Part shown: positions 1 through 12,089 of the stretch, piece after piece
How the letters are laid out: every line of letters starts with the position of its first letter
How positions within the stretch are numbered: the first letter of the stretch is position 1
Assembly (NCBI GenBank): GCA_024640845.1
Contig: JAHEEE010000004.1
Coordinates: forward strand, 14,567-78,566
From: Myxococcales bacterium
GTDB taxonomy: Bacteria > Myxococcota_A > Polyangia > Polyangiales > Houyiibacteriaceae
Direction of reading: 5' to 3'
DNA: 64,000 nucleotides
Notes under the pieces: model-generated
Databases searched by the model: none
What the model was told of the DNA's origin: nothing
What the model saw: the letters and a program-made list of their open reading frames with translations, nothing else
Made by a program: the position numbers and the translations under genes

Positions 1-120
1 CGGGTACGCCGGGATGTGCGTTTTGGTTTCCCATTGTGGAGGCGTTTTTTGGGGATAATCACGCCCTGGTCTTGGTTACGTTCAAAATGATGCCATCCTT
101 CCACGGAGTCCGGAGCTGAC

Positions 121-1134
121 ATGCAGCAAGCGATCCAGTCACCCATCGATGATAGCCTCCTCGGCGCGCGCGAAGTTGCGGAGCGCCTCGGCGCACGCCT
201 GAGGGCCGCAGTTCGCGGACGGGATGAGGTGGTCGAGCTGGTGCTCGTCGCGTTGTTGGCTGACGGTCACGTGCTGCTCGAGGACTACCCGGGCTCGGGG
301 AAGACCACGCTTGCCCGCGCGCTCGGCAACGCTCTCGAGGAGCGAGACGGCGCCGTGGGGGTGTCGGCTTTTCGCAGAATTCAGTTCACGCCCGATCTTC
401 TGCCGAGCGACATCACCGGCACCAACATTTTCGACGTCGAGACCAGTCGGTTTTCGTTCCGCCGCGGGCCCGTGTTCGCCCACATCGTGCTGGCCGACGA
501 GATCAACCGCACCTCGCCCAAGGTCCAGGCGGCCATGCTCGAGGCGATGGCGGAGAAGCAAGTGACCGTCGACAACCAGTCGCACCTGCTCGACGATTTG
601 TTCTTCGTCATCGCCACCCAGAACCCGCTCGACTTGGCGGGCACCTATCCGTTGCCGACACCCCAGCTCGATCGCTTCCTCTTCAAGATCGAGATGAAGC
701 ACATCGACCGCGCATCCGAGCTCGAGGTGCTCGACCAGTACCCTCGTGCGAGCCTCGAGGTCGCGCGCGACTTTCCTGGCGTGACACGCGACGAGGTGAT
801 CACGGCGCGCCGCCAGACGCGTGGGGCGGTTCATGTAGCGCCGGTCGTGAAGGAAGCGCTCGTCGATTTGGCGCGGCTCCTTCGAAGCGACTCACGCGTT
901 CTGCAAGGCGCTTCGACTCGAGCGCTCGTTCTGATGCTTCCGGCGCTTCAAGCGCGCGCAGTGATCAAGGGTCGCGACTTCGTTTCGCCCGAGGACATCG
1001 AGGTCTTGGCGCCGTATGTCTTCAAGCACCGTCTCGAATGCGCCCCTGGCGTCGAGGATGTCGACGCGCTGATCGCCGAAGCGACGTCCGTCGAAATCGA
1101 AAAGCTCGCGCGCGCGAGCTTGCGCCGCGGGTGA
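121..1134 (+). CDS. MoxR-like AAA+ ATPase
   Basis: 337-aa ORF. Walker A 'GSGKTTLA' and Walker B 'IVLADEINR' are present, and the sequence is AAA_3/MoxR-type throughout. Confidence 0.9.
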   Translation: MQQAIQSPIDDSLLGAREVAERLGARLRAAVRGRDEVVELVLVALLADGHVLLEDYPGSGKTTLARALGNALEERDGAVGVSAFRRIQFTPDLLPSDITGTNIFDVETSRFSFRRGPVFAHIVLADEINRTSPKVQAAMLEAMAEKQVTVDNQSHLLDDLFFVIATQNPLDLAGTYPLPTPQLDRFLFKIEMKHIDRASELEVLDQYPRASLEVARDFPGVTRDEVITARRQTRGAVHVAPVVKEALVDLARLLRSDSRVLQGASTRALVLMLPALQARAVIKGRDFVSPEDIEVLAPYVFKHRLECAPGVEDVDALIAEATSVEIEKLARASLRRG

Positions 1135-1136
1135 CG

Positions 1137-3098
1137 ATGCGCGGTCGCTCGTCAGCTCGTTTTGCGGTCGCCCTCGGAGTGGCGTCGATCTGTGCTTCGA
1201 TCTGCGCGTCGATTGCCGGCGCCGACGAGATGATCGCCCCGATTCTCCTCGAGGGTGAAGACGCATCTGCCGAGGAGCTCGCGCTGTGGGATCTCATCGA
1301 GCGTCAACGATACGTCAAGGCGCGCGAGGAGGCTGAGGCATACCTGGAAGCGCACCCGAGCTCGTACGTCGCTCACTTGGTGCTTGGGATGGCGCAGCAT
1401 TATGGCGAGGCGAATTTTCCGAAAGCCCTTTTCCACGAGGCACGTGCGCTCGAGCTCTTCGAAGCTACGGAGGGCGCGACACCAACGCAAAGCCAGCCGT
1501 GGCGCTGGCATGCGCGCATCCTGATCGGGCTCACGCGTGCGCACGGAGATCTAGAGCACTACGACGAACAGCTTGGTTTCATGTATCGGTACAACGAGCT
1601 CTATACCCCGCAGCTCAAGGCCGAGCTCGCATGGCCGCTCCTGAAGAAGCGGGAATTCGAGAAAGCTCGGCTTGCGGCCGAGGAGGGCCTGGCGACCGGC
1701 GACCCCTACCAAGTAGAACGCGCGAAGAACGCGCTTTGCGCGATCGAGTTCGAGGCGGGCAACGACGTCAAGAGCTACGAGGTTTGCGCCGAGGCGGTGG
1801 ACTACGGTCGCGACCACTTCGGCAGCGCAACGGCGGTCGACCTCGGGAACTTTGCAGAGGCTGCGCGGTCGGTCTTTCGCTTCGATGAGGCAGAGCGGCT
1901 GCTCATGGAAGCATCGAAGACCAGCCTCTCTTGGTATGGTAATCCATGGCTCGAGCTCGCAGATCTCTACATGCGGGCAGGCCGCTTTGCCGAGGCGCTG
2001 TCCGCGCTGCGCGAAGTGCCTCGCCATCGAGCCGCGCGCCCGGCGCACGTTCGGGACTCCGATCGCAATGAAGCTCGCCGCTCCCTTGCCGCGTTCTTGC
2101 TCTTGATGGGACGGCCGGACGAGGCGTTGCGGATTACCGGCAAGGCTTCGGTCCTGCCCGATCGCCGAGCGCACAACAGCCGAGACGCTCAGCAGGACCG
2201 AAGCATCGTGGCCCTCCTCGACCGGCAAGCGCGGCTGATGCTGGCGGAAATGACGGTCGAGCGAGCTGCTGCAGAGCCATTCTACGCCCGCTGGTGGGCG
2301 CGTGCAGAGGCGCTCTGGCTGCGGTTTCAGGCGTGGATGAGCGGGCGCCAAGCGGCGCGTTTTCTCGACGATGAAGCTCGCCTCGCCGGTACGTTCGCGA
2401 TCGGCACGGCGCGAAGCGCAGTCATGCCGCCCTGGCTCCTCGGCGAGCTCATCGGGGCGCTCGGCCCAGGCGTGGTGCGGGCGGCCGTCAGCCGAGTTTC
2501 CGTCCGGGATAACCGTGAGAGCGCCCCGGCGTACTACGACGCAGTTCTTGCCGAGGTTGCGCTCGCCCAGCGAGAGTACGCCGAGGCGGTCGAGCATGCG
2601 GAGCGCTCTCTACGCGGGCTTCAGCCTGGCGATGCGCTCCTTCGGGAGCGTGTTCGGGCCGTGCTCGCTAAGTCGCTTTCCGATCCGCGACAGACCACGG
2701 CTCTTTACGAAGAAATACTGTCGACCGACCCCGGGCTCTTCAGGCGCCTCGGATGGTCGCTTCCGGTCGAGGTTCGCTCGAGCGACGCAGCGATCGACCG
2801 CGACCTGGCCGAAGCGATCCTGCGTTCCCCGCGCTTCGAATCGTCGAGCGAAGGCCTGCGCGTTCAAGTCGACGGGGCCCGGATTTGTCTCTTTGGTCGC
2901 ACCGGCACGGCATGGGGTTGCGGCGAGGTGGAGCTCGAGGAAGACGAGACTGGTCGAGCCTACGAGCAGCGCATCGTAGATGCGTTTCACGCCGAGATCT
3001 TCTCGCCGAGGGTGGACCTCAGCCGCATCGACATCAATTCGCTCGACGGGTCGAACCGCGTCACGCGCAACCCCCTCGACATGCTAGAGCTGGACTGA
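1137..3098 (+). CDS. Secreted helical-repeat (TPR-like) protein of unknown function
   Basis: The ATG at 1137 lies 2 nt after the moxR stop (GGGTGACGATG), whereas the track start at 1038 lies inside moxR. The N-terminus 'MRGRSSARFAVALGVASICASICASIAG' looks like a signal peptide. The remainder is Ala/Leu/Glu/Arg-rich helical repeat. Confidence 0.6.
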   Translation: MRGRSSARFAVALGVASICASICASIAGADEMIAPILLEGEDASAEELALWDLIERQRYVKAREEAEAYLEAHPSSYVAHLVLGMAQHYGEANFPKALFHEARALELFEATEGATPTQSQPWRWHARILIGLTRAHGDLEHYDEQLGFMYRYNELYTPQLKAELAWPLLKKREFEKARLAAEEGLATGDPYQVERAKNALCAIEFEAGNDVKSYEVCAEAVDYGRDHFGSATAVDLGNFAEAARSVFRFDEAERLLMEASKTSLSWYGNPWLELADLYMRAGRFAEALSALREVPRHRAARPAHVRDSDRNEARRSLAAFLLLMGRPDEALRITGKASVLPDRRAHNSRDAQQDRSIVALLDRQARLMLAEMTVERAAAEPFYARWWARAEALWLRFQAWMSGRQAARFLDDEARLAGTFAIGTARSAVMPPWLLGELIGALGPGVVRAAVSRVSVRDNRESAPAYYDAVLAEVALAQREYAEAVEHAERSLRGLQPGDALLRERVRAVLAKSLSDPRQTTALYEEILSTDPGLFRRLGWSLPVEVRSSDAAIDRDLAEAILRSPRFESSSEGLRVQVDGARICLFGRTGTAWGCGEVELEEDETGRAYEQRIVDAFHAEIFSPRVDLSRIDINSLDGSNRVTRNPLDMLELD

Positions 3099-3655
3099 TG
3101 AAGCCGTGGGCGCGGTTGGTCTTGCTGGCCCTATTTCTGCTCGGCGTCGTTGCGATCGGGAAGATGACCGGCTTCACCGACGGGCTCACCGTAGACGGGA
3201 TTCGCGAGTCGATGCGCGAGGCCGGTGTCGGCGGGTTCTTCGTGTTCATCGCGACATTTTGCGTCGGCCAGTTGCTCTACATACCGGGCTTCGTATTCGT
3301 GATGGTGTCCGGCCTCGCCTACGGGCCTCTTTGGGGCTCCTTCGCATCGCTGATCGCGGCGAACATTTCGGTCGCCGTTTCCTTCGTCATCGTGCGCACG
3401 ATCGGTGGACAGCCGCTTGCAGAAATCAGCATCAAGAAGCCCTTCCTTCAGAGACCCCTCGACCAACTCGAGGACCGCCCGATCCGCTCGATGATCATCA
3501 TCCGCTTGTTCCTTTGGGCGATCCCGCCGGTCAACTACACCTTGGCCATGTCCGGGGTCAGTTTCCGCGACTACATGATTGCGGCCGCCATAGGGATGAC
3601 TCCGCCCTTCGTAATCCTCTCGGTTCTCGCCGGCCTCGGCTTCGACCTTCTGTAG
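3098..3655 (+). CDS. TVP38/TMEM64 (DedA/SNARE-associated) family membrane protein
   Basis: The ATG overlaps the upstream stop (TGATG). The N-terminus 'MKPWARLVLLALFLLGVVAIG' is a TM segment and the body is multi-TM, typical of this family. The upstream part of the 2753 ORF overlaps the previous gene. Confidence 0.7.
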   Translation: MKPWARLVLLALFLLGVVAIGKMTGFTDGLTVDGIRESMREAGVGGFFVFIATFCVGQLLYIPGFVFVMVSGLAYGPLWGSFASLIAANISVAVSFVIVRTIGGQPLAEISIKKPFLQRPLDQLEDRPIRSMIIIRLFLWAIPPVNYTLAMSGVSFRDYMIAAAIGMTPPFVILSVLAGLGFDLL

Positions 3656-3658
3656 CGC

Positions 3659-4705
3659 TCACTTCTTGCGGACGAGCGGGATGCTCGGGTCCGGAATGGT
3701 CTCGTCGGCGGCGCCGGCGTTGGCCAAAGCTTCCTCGGCGGCAAAGGGTTTCGTGTCCGGCTCGCTCGGTCGCGAGCGGGCCAGCTCCGCGCGGGCCCAA
3801 CGCACGCTCTCAGCGATGATCTGAGAGTCGGTCGAGTCTTCGGTCGACCGCAGAAGAGCCGCGAGGTCGCGCGCCATCTCTCGACTCGAAGTGTAGCGTT
3901 CGATCGGGTTCCGCCGGAGGGCTCTCGCGATGATCTCTCGAAGCCGGTCCGGTAGATCAGTGCGAAACTCCGACAGGTCTGGAACCTCCGTGTCCCGAAT
4001 CATACCGACCACTTCGAGCGGGTCATTCCCTTTGAAGAGCTTCTCGCAGGCGAGCGCTTCCCAAAGGACCACCCCCACGCTGAAGACGTCGGTCTGCGCG
4101 CTCGGTTCTGCTTCGTAGGTGAGCTCTGGTGCGAGATACGAGATCTTGCCCTTCACGAAGCCTGGCTTGGTGATGGAGCTGCGATCCATCGCGCGCGCGA
4201 GACCGAAGTCGGTGAGCTTCACCACGCCGCAGCTGCTCACCATTACGTTATGCGGCGTGACGTCACGGTGGAAGATCGGCGCCGGGCTTCCATGGTGGTC
4301 TTCGTGCTCGTGCGCGGCATGCAGCGCCTTGAGGACTTCGATGCCGATTGCCGCCGTGAGGTTCCATGGAACGTGGTTGCCGCGCGCCTCGTGGGCCCGG
4401 CGCCATTCCGAGAGCGTGAGACCATCGACCCATTCGAGCACGAGGTAGTACTCGCCCGATCGATCGCGGTCGAAGTCGTGAATCTGTGCGATGTTCGGGT
4501 GGTCGAGCTCGGAGACGACGCGCGCCTCCTCGACGAACATCTTGAGGAACTCCGGGTTCTGACTCAGCGGCGCGAGGACGCGCTTGATCGCGACCGGCCG
4601 CGTGAATCCGGCGGCCCCATGCGTCTGTCCACGGTAAACCTTCGCCATCCCGCCTTCGCCGGCGAGCTCTAGCACTTCGTATTTGCCGCCAAGCAGCTCT
4701 GTCAT
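3659..4705 (-). CDS. Ser/Thr protein kinase (Hanks type)
   Basis: Contains the Gly loop 'GEGGMAKVY', the catalytic loop 'HRDVTPHNVMV', 'DFGLA' and 'SYLAPE'. Confidence 0.9.
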   Translation of the reverse strand: MTELLGGKYEVLELAGEGGMAKVYRGQTHGAAGFTRPVAIKRVLAPLSQNPEFLKMFVEEARVVSELDHPNIAQIHDFDRDRSGEYYLVLEWVDGLTLSEWRRAHEARGNHVPWNLTAAIGIEVLKALHAAHEHEDHHGSPAPIFHRDVTPHNVMVSSCGVVKLTDFGLARAMDRSSITKPGFVKGKISYLAPELTYEAEPSAQTDVFSVGVVLWEALACEKLFKGNDPLEVVGMIRDTEVPDLSEFRTDLPDRLREIIARALRRNPIERYTSSREMARDLAALLRSTEDSTDSQIIAESVRWARAELARSRPSEPDTKPFAAEEALANAGAADETIPDPSIPLVRKK

Positions 4706-4723
4706 GAGGAGGGTGAGACGTCG

Positions 4724-5044
4724 TCAGCCTTCTTGAGGCGAAAGCAGCGCGCCGAGCTCACCATTCTCGTACATCTCGCGGACGATGTCACAGCCACCGA
4801 CGAACTCGCCCCGAACGTAGAGTTGGGGGATGGTCGGCCAGTTGGCGAATTCCTTGATTCCCTGGCGAATGGCGGGATCTTCGAGCACGTTGACGTCCTG
4901 GAACTCGGACCCCGAGCGGCGGAGCACCTCGACGACCGTGGCGGAGAAACCGCATTGGGGGAAATGCTTCGTGCCTTTCATGAAGAGCACGACATCGTTG
5001 CTGTCGATGATGCCTTGAATTCGGTCGCGGAGCGTTTCTTCCAT
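4724..5044 (-). CDS. grxD: Grx4-family monothiol glutaredoxin
   Basis: 106 aa with the CGFS active site ('[10 protein letters not shown]') and 'WPTIPQLYV'. Confidence 0.9.
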   Translation of the reverse strand: MEETLRDRIQGIIDSNDVVLFMKGTKHFPQCGFSATVVEVLRRSGSEFQDVNVLEDPAIRQGIKEFANWPTIPQLYVRGEFVGGCDIVREMYENGELGALLSPQEG

Positions 5045-5047
5045 CGT

Positions 5048-5302
5048 CTATCCCTTTTCCTCCGTCCAACTCTCGGGCGTGTACGTCTTGAGCGCAAGTG
5101 CATGGACCGGCCCGGCCATGAGCTCGCCAAGGGCCGTGTAGACCATCTGATGCTGCTGGATGCGGCTTTTCCCGGAGAACGCTCCCGACACGATGACCGC
5201 TTCCCAGTGGTCTTTCGTGCCCGTGAGGTCGGTTACCACGATGTGGGACACCTCTCCCACACCTTGGCGGATGCGTTCCTCGAGCGTTTTGGCTTCAACC
5301 AT
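5048..5302 (-). CDS. bolA: BolA family protein
   Basis: 84 aa and BolA-like ('HWEAVIVSGAFSGKSRIQQHQMVY'). It sits immediately upstream of the monothiol Grx, which is the classical BolA-Grx pairing. Confidence 0.8.
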   Translation of the reverse strand: MVEAKTLEERIRQGVGEVSHIVVTDLTGTKDHWEAVIVSGAFSGKSRIQQHQMVYTALGELMAGPVHALALKTYTPESWTEEKG

Positions 5303-5364
5303 GGTCCGCGCCTCCAGCGACCTGAGCTACGGCCGGGTGGGGCGATTGTCAATATGGCGCCGGC

Positions 5365-5829
5365 TCACCGCACCCCGAACAGCTTCTTCACGGAAGGGCG
5401 ACCGAGCACGATGATCGTGAAGATGCCGAGGATGGTGCCGAATGGAAACATCAGGCATTCGCCCCAGCCGGTGAGATAGCAAAACGTCCACCAGCGGCGC
5501 TTGCGGATCTGCACGCCCACGACCGCGAGGTGAACCGCGCTCAAGAGAGCGATGGTGAGGCCGGCCACGATGGCGGTCATCAGAAGCCTCTCCACATCCT
5601 GGATCATGGCGTCGGCGCCACCTCCGAACGGGTCCGCTGCCTGTTGACCGGTGATGTCGCCCATGGCGATCGATAAGTCGCTGCCCACCTCGTCGATGAG
5701 CTTCGCGCCGGCGACTCCCCACATCAGTGCTGGGATCCCGCTGAAAAGAGCCACGCCAGCGAGAATGAAATGCCCGATCGACAAGGCGCTCAGATGCTCT
5801 CGGTCCTCTGCGTTTGCTTCTTCTTCCAC
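5365..5829 (-). CDS. Hypothetical integral membrane protein
   Basis: 154-aa ORF with several hydrophobic segments. I recognise no family. Confidence 0.45.
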   Translation of the reverse strand: MEEEANAEDREHLSALSIGHFILAGVALFSGIPALMWGVAGAKLIDEVGSDLSIAMGDITGQQAADPFGGGADAMIQDVERLLMTAIVAGLTIALLSAVHLAVVGVQIRKRRWWTFCYLTGWGECLMFPFGTILGIFTIIVLGRPSVKKLFGVR

Positions 5830-5865
5830 GCGGCTCCCGTGGAGATCGTGCTATGTCGCCTCGCG

Positions 5866-6795
5866 ATGGGCAAGGTCGCATTCGTTTTTCCAGGGCAAGG
5901 CAGTCAGAAGGTCGGGATGGGGCGCGAGGTGTTCGATTTGTCCGCCGCTGCGCGTGCGGTCTTCGACGAAGCCGACGCTGCACTCGGTGAAGCGCTGTCG
6001 GCGCTTTGTTTCGACGGGCCAGAAGAGGACCTCAAGCTCACGGCCAATACGCAGCCCGCCGTGTTGGCAACGTCGATCGCGCTTCTACGCGCGCTAGACG
6101 AGCCGTTTGACGTGGTTGCCGGGCACAGCCTCGGAGAATACTCGGCGAACGTGGCCGCGGGAACACTGTCGTTGGCCGACGCGGTGCAGCTTGTGCGCAA
6201 GCGAGGTCAGTACATGCAGGAGGCCGTGCCGTACGGGCAAGGGGCAATGGCGGCGGTGCTCAAAGCCGACCGTACTTTGGTCGAACGGATTTGCGCCGAA
6301 GTGCCCGGGCTGGTCGAGGCGGTCAATTACAACTCGCCCCAACAGATCGTCATCGCAGGCGAGACCGACGCCGTCAGCCATGCGGGCGCCAAGCTCAAGG
6401 AGGCCGGCGCGCGTACGAGCACGTTGCCGGTGAGCGCGCCGTTTCATTCGTCGCTGATGAAACCCGCGGAGGCGCGTCTTCGCGAGGACATCCAACAGAT
6501 CGCGTTTTCGGATCCGAGCGTGCCGGTGTACGTCAATGTAGACGCCGAGCCCGTGACCGATGCCGCCGTCGTGAAGGAAGCGTTGATTCGACAGGTGAGC
6601 CGGCCAGTCTTGTGGGAACAAAGCGTTCGCCGAATGATGGACGATGGGGTGTCGCTTTTCGTCGAAGTGGGTCCCGGACGTGTGCTTAGCGGGCTTTTGG
6701 TGCGAATCGACAAGCATGCAGGAAGGGTCAGCGTGCAGGGACCGTCGGACTTCGATGCGGCGAAAGAGGCCATCGCCGAAGCCCGAGCAAGCTGA
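5866..6795 (+). CDS. fabD: Malonyl-CoA:ACP transacylase
   Basis: Starts 'MGKVAFVFPGQGSQKVGMG' and carries the active-site motif 'GHSLGEYSA'. The track start at 5770 is an N-terminal extension. Confidence 0.92.
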   Translation: MGKVAFVFPGQGSQKVGMGREVFDLSAAARAVFDEADAALGEALSALCFDGPEEDLKLTANTQPAVLATSIALLRALDEPFDVVAGHSLGEYSANVAAGTLSLADAVQLVRKRGQYMQEAVPYGQGAMAAVLKADRTLVERICAEVPGLVEAVNYNSPQQIVIAGETDAVSHAGAKLKEAGARTSTLPVSAPFHSSLMKPAEARLREDIQQIAFSDPSVPVYVNVDAEPVTDAAVVKEALIRQVSRPVLWEQSVRRMMDDGVSLFVEVGPGRVLSGLLVRIDKHAGRVSVQGPSDFDAAKEAIAEARAS

Positions 6796-6840
6796 TTTCG
6801 CTGTAATTTCAAAGCCCTGACCTGGTCCGGCCCCCTCCGT

Positions 6841-6868
6841 TTGACCTGATTTTCAATTCTTGTAGAAA
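6841..6868 (+). promoter_or_regulatory. Candidate sigma-70 promoter for hppA (TTGACC-N16-TAGAAA)
   Basis: TTGACC at 6841-6846 and TAGAAA at 6863-6868, in a relatively AT-rich spacer about 55 nt upstream of the hppA ATG. Confidence 0.35.
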
Positions 6869-6923
6869 GCGGCCGCCCGACAGCAGTTAACCGGGATCGG
6901 GCGCAAATAGAGGTTCAGCGACT

Positions 6924-9008
<2,085 letters not shown>

Positions 9009-9030
9009 GACTCGCGAGTCCTACTTCGAG

Positions 9031-9070
9031 AAGCCCTGCAGGCCTTTGGCCTCGCGGGGCTTTTCTTTGG
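9031..9070 (+). terminator. Rho-independent terminator after hppA
   Basis: The sequence aagccctgcaggcc-ttt-ggcctcgcggggctt forms an interrupted GC-rich hairpin followed by ttttctttgg. Confidence 0.6.
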
Positions 9071-9086
9071 AGCTAAGGTAGGGGTC

Positions 9087-10727
9087 ATGGGCGACCCCAC
9101 TCAGACCTCCGCCTGGAAGGCGCTTCGCACTCACTTCGAGGAAGTTGCCGAGCTTCGGATGCGCGACCTCTTCGCCGGTGATCCGGCGCGTGCCGAACGG
9201 TTTTCGCTCTCCCTCGGCGATCTGCTCTTCGATTTTTCGAAGAATCGAGTTACCGAACACACGCTTTCGTTGTTGCTCGAGCTCGCGGAGCAGTGCCGGG
9301 TCCGTGATTGGGCAGAGCGCATGTTCGGCGGCGACCTGATCAACGGGACCGAAGGGAGAGCCGTCTTGCACACCGCGCTCCGCAACCGTGGCGACCGCGA
9401 GGTGCTCGTCGATGGTGTCGACGTCATGCCGGATGTTCGACGGGTGCTCGACCAGATGCGGAGCTTCACGACGTCCGTCCGCGAGGGCACATGGCTCGGC
9501 CACACCGGGCGTGCGATCACCGACGTCGTCAACATCGGGATCGGCGGCTCCGACCTCGGCCCCGTGATGGTCACCGAGGCGCTTCGCCCGTATTGGAAAG
9601 ACGGGCTCCGCGTGCACTTCGTCTCGAACGTGGATGGGACGCATTTGAGCGAGGCGCTTCGGCGCGTCGATCCGGAGACCACCTTGTTCATCGTCGCGTC
9701 GAAGACTTTTACCACGCAGGAGACGTTGACCAATGCCCGCTCCGCCCGCGCCTGGCTAGTGGAGCGCTTGGGCGCAGAGGAGGCCGTCGCAAAACATTTC
9801 GTCGCGCTTTCGACGAACCGCGATGCGGTTGTCGAATTCGGGATCGACCCGGACAACATGTTCGAGTTTTGGGACTGGGTAGGCGGCCGCTACTCGCTCT
9901 GGTCGGCGATCGGCCTTTCGATCGCAACCGTGATCGGGATGGACCACTTCGAAGAGCTGCTCGAAGGGGCCTATGAGACGGACGAGCACTTCCGGACGGC
10001 GCCACTCGCGAAGAACCTCCCTGTGATCATGGCGCTGCTCGGTATCTGGTACGACAACTTCTTCGGCGCCCAGTCGCAAGCGGTGTTGCCCTACGACCAG
10101 TATCTCCACCGGTTTCCGGCATACCTGCAGCAAGCAGACATGGAGAGCAACGGCAAGAGCGCCTCGCGTGATGGCACAATCATCGACAACTACACCACCG
10201 GACCCATCGTCTGGGGCGAGCCCGGGACCAATGGGCAACACGCGTTCTACCAGTTGCTCCACCAGGGGACACATTTGGTCCCCTGCGATTTCATCGTAGC
10301 GGCGAAGAGTCACAATCCAATTGGCAAGCATCACGACATCCTGGTCGCAAACTGTATCGCGCAGTCCGAAGCCCTCATGCGCGGAAAGACCGCTGACGAG
10401 GCGCGGGCCGAGCTCGAAGCCGCGGGGCTGCCCGAGGATCAGGTCGCCGCTCTGGTTCCGCACAAGACCTTCGCCGGCAACAGGCCGAGCAACACCTTCA
10501 TGATGGATGAGCTCACGCCGGCTGCTCTTGGGCGTTTGATCGCCCTCTACGAGCACAAGATCTTCGTGCAGGGCGTGGTATGGAACATCAACAGCTTCGA
10601 TCAGTGGGGCGTCGAGCTTGGCAAACAGCTTGCGAAGGTCATCCTGCCCGAGCTCAGTGGAGCCGAAGGCAACCACGACGCTTCCACCGAACGACTGATC
10701 CAGTACTATCGGGACCACAAGAGGTAA
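9087..10727 (+). CDS. pgi: Glucose-6-phosphate isomerase
   Basis: 546 aa with PGI signatures ('GIGGSDLGP', '[11 protein letters not shown]', '[12 protein letters not shown]'). Confidence 0.95.
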   Translation: MGDPTQTSAWKALRTHFEEVAELRMRDLFAGDPARAERFSLSLGDLLFDFSKNRVTEHTLSLLLELAEQCRVRDWAERMFGGDLINGTEGRAVLHTALRNRGDREVLVDGVDVMPDVRRVLDQMRSFTTSVREGTWLGHTGRAITDVVNIGIGGSDLGPVMVTEALRPYWKDGLRVHFVSNVDGTHLSEALRRVDPETTLFIVASKTFTTQETLTNARSARAWLVERLGAEEAVAKHFVALSTNRDAVVEFGIDPDNMFEFWDWVGGRYSLWSAIGLSIATVIGMDHFEELLEGAYETDEHFRTAPLAKNLPVIMALLGIWYDNFFGAQSQAVLPYDQYLHRFPAYLQQADMESNGKSASRDGTIIDNYTTGPIVWGEPGTNGQHAFYQLLHQGTHLVPCDFIVAAKSHNPIGKHHDILVANCIAQSEALMRGKTADEARAELEAAGLPEDQVAALVPHKTFAGNRPSNTFMMDELTPAALGRLIALYEHKIFVQGVVWNINSFDQWGVELGKQLAKVILPELSGAEGNHDASTERLIQYYRDHKR

Positions 10728-10729
10728 GG

Positions 10730-11419
10730 ATGCCCACACTCGCAGTCGACATCGGAGGCGGTAGCATCAAGCTGGTCGCGCTGAGCCCCGACGGCGCGCT
10801 AGTGACCGAGACGCTCGCGGAGCCGACGCCGAAGCCCGCCACTCCGGACGCGGTCTTCAAGTTGATCCGGGACATGGCGAGTACACTCCCGCCGCACCGT
10901 CGAGTGTCGGTTGGATTCCCGGGTGTCGTGAAAAAGGGGGTGACGTTCAACGCGCCGAATCTCGGCGACGAGCTTTGGCGAGGCGTCGCTTTGAGCGAGA
11001 AACTGGCGGAGCTCCTTCAGCGCCCGGTACGCGCCGCGAACGACGTCGATCTCCAGGGGCTTGGCGTCGTTCGAGGGGAGGGCGTCGAGATGGTACTGAC
11101 GCTCGGCACGGGTATGGGGGCGGCGCTGTTCACAAACGGGGCGTTGGTTCCGAACCTCGAGCTCGGGCATCACCCGTTTCGCGACGGGAAGACGTACGAA
11201 GACCTGGTTCGCGACAGCGAGCTCAAGCGAGTTGGTCCGATCGAATGGACGACGCGGGTGCTCGACGCGCTGGCTCAGATCGCGCCGATCTTCAACTACG
11301 ACATGCTTCACCTCGGTGGCGGGAACGCGCAGAACATTCGAGCGGAATTGCCCGACAACGTGCGGCTGTTCACGCTGGCTGAAGCCATGCGTGGCGCGCA
11401 GCGGCTCTGGGATGCATAG
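10730..11419 (+). CDS. ROK-family glucokinase (polyphosphate/ATP glucokinase-like)
   Basis: The ATG at 10730 follows the pgi stop. Starts 'MPTLAVDIGGGSIKLV', has 'GTGMGAALF', and is about 230 aa, which matches PpgK-like ROK kinases. Confidence 0.75.
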   Translation: MPTLAVDIGGGSIKLVALSPDGALVTETLAEPTPKPATPDAVFKLIRDMASTLPPHRRVSVGFPGVVKKGVTFNAPNLGDELWRGVALSEKLAELLQRPVRAANDVDLQGLGVVRGEGVEMVLTLGTGMGAALFTNGALVPNLELGHHPFRDGKTYEDLVRDSELKRVGPIEWTTRVLDALAQIAPIFNYDMLHLGGGNAQNIRAELPDNVRLFTLAEAMRGAQRLWDA

Positions 11420-11421
11420 AC

Positions 11422-12078
11422 TCAGCGCTGGCCGACGAACGGGTTGAGCTTGCGTTCCTCGCCGATTGTCGTGTTGGGGCCGTGCCCGCAGATGACAAGC
11501 GTCTCGTCGGGGAGAGCGAAGAGCTTCTTCTGAATTGATTCGACGAGCTGCGACGTGTTGCCGCCCCACAGGTCCGTGCGGCCGACACTCCGCGCAAACA
11601 AGGTGTCGCCCGCGAGCACGACGGGCCGATCGCCTTCCAGGGTGAGGCAGATGCTGCCTGGCGAGTGCCCGGGGGTGTGAACGACATCGGCTTCGAGTCC
11701 GCCCGCCAAGACGGTGTCGCCATCCGAGAGGAAGCGATCGATCTCCGCCATCTCAGGCGCGCGGAAGGGAGCCCCAAAGCTGTCTATCTGCATCTGCACC
11801 CCTTCGTACAGGAACAGATCGGCTTCGTGGATCATCGTCGGCGCATGGGTCGCCTCTTGAACGTCTTTGGTCGCACCGATGTGATCGAAGTGGGTATGCG
11901 TATGCACGATACCCTCGCATGTGAGCCCGAGCTCCTGTAACCGCGCAATGATCCGCGGTCCTTCACCACCGGGGTCGACGACGATCGCTGTCTTTCGCTC
12001 CTCGTCGCCGAGAATGACGCAATTGCAGCCCAAAGGAGCCACGGGGAAGGACTCGATGATCATACGGAGCCATAGCAT
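11422..12078 (-). CDS. MBL-fold metallo-hydrolase (glyoxalase II-like)
   Basis: 218 aa with the 'HTHTHFDH' metal-binding motif and 'HTPGHSPGS'. Confidence 0.85.
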   Translation of the reverse strand: MLWLRMIIESFPVAPLGCNCVILGDEERKTAIVVDPGGEGPRIIARLQELGLTCEGIVHTHTHFDHIGATKDVQEATHAPTMIHEADLFLYEGVQMQIDSFGAPFRAPEMAEIDRFLSDGDTVLAGGLEADVVHTPGHSPGSICLTLEGDRPVVLAGDTLFARSVGRTDLWGGNTSQLVESIQKKLFALPDETLVICGHGPNTTIGEERKLNPFVGQR

Positions 12079-12089
12079 CCTTCGACCGT

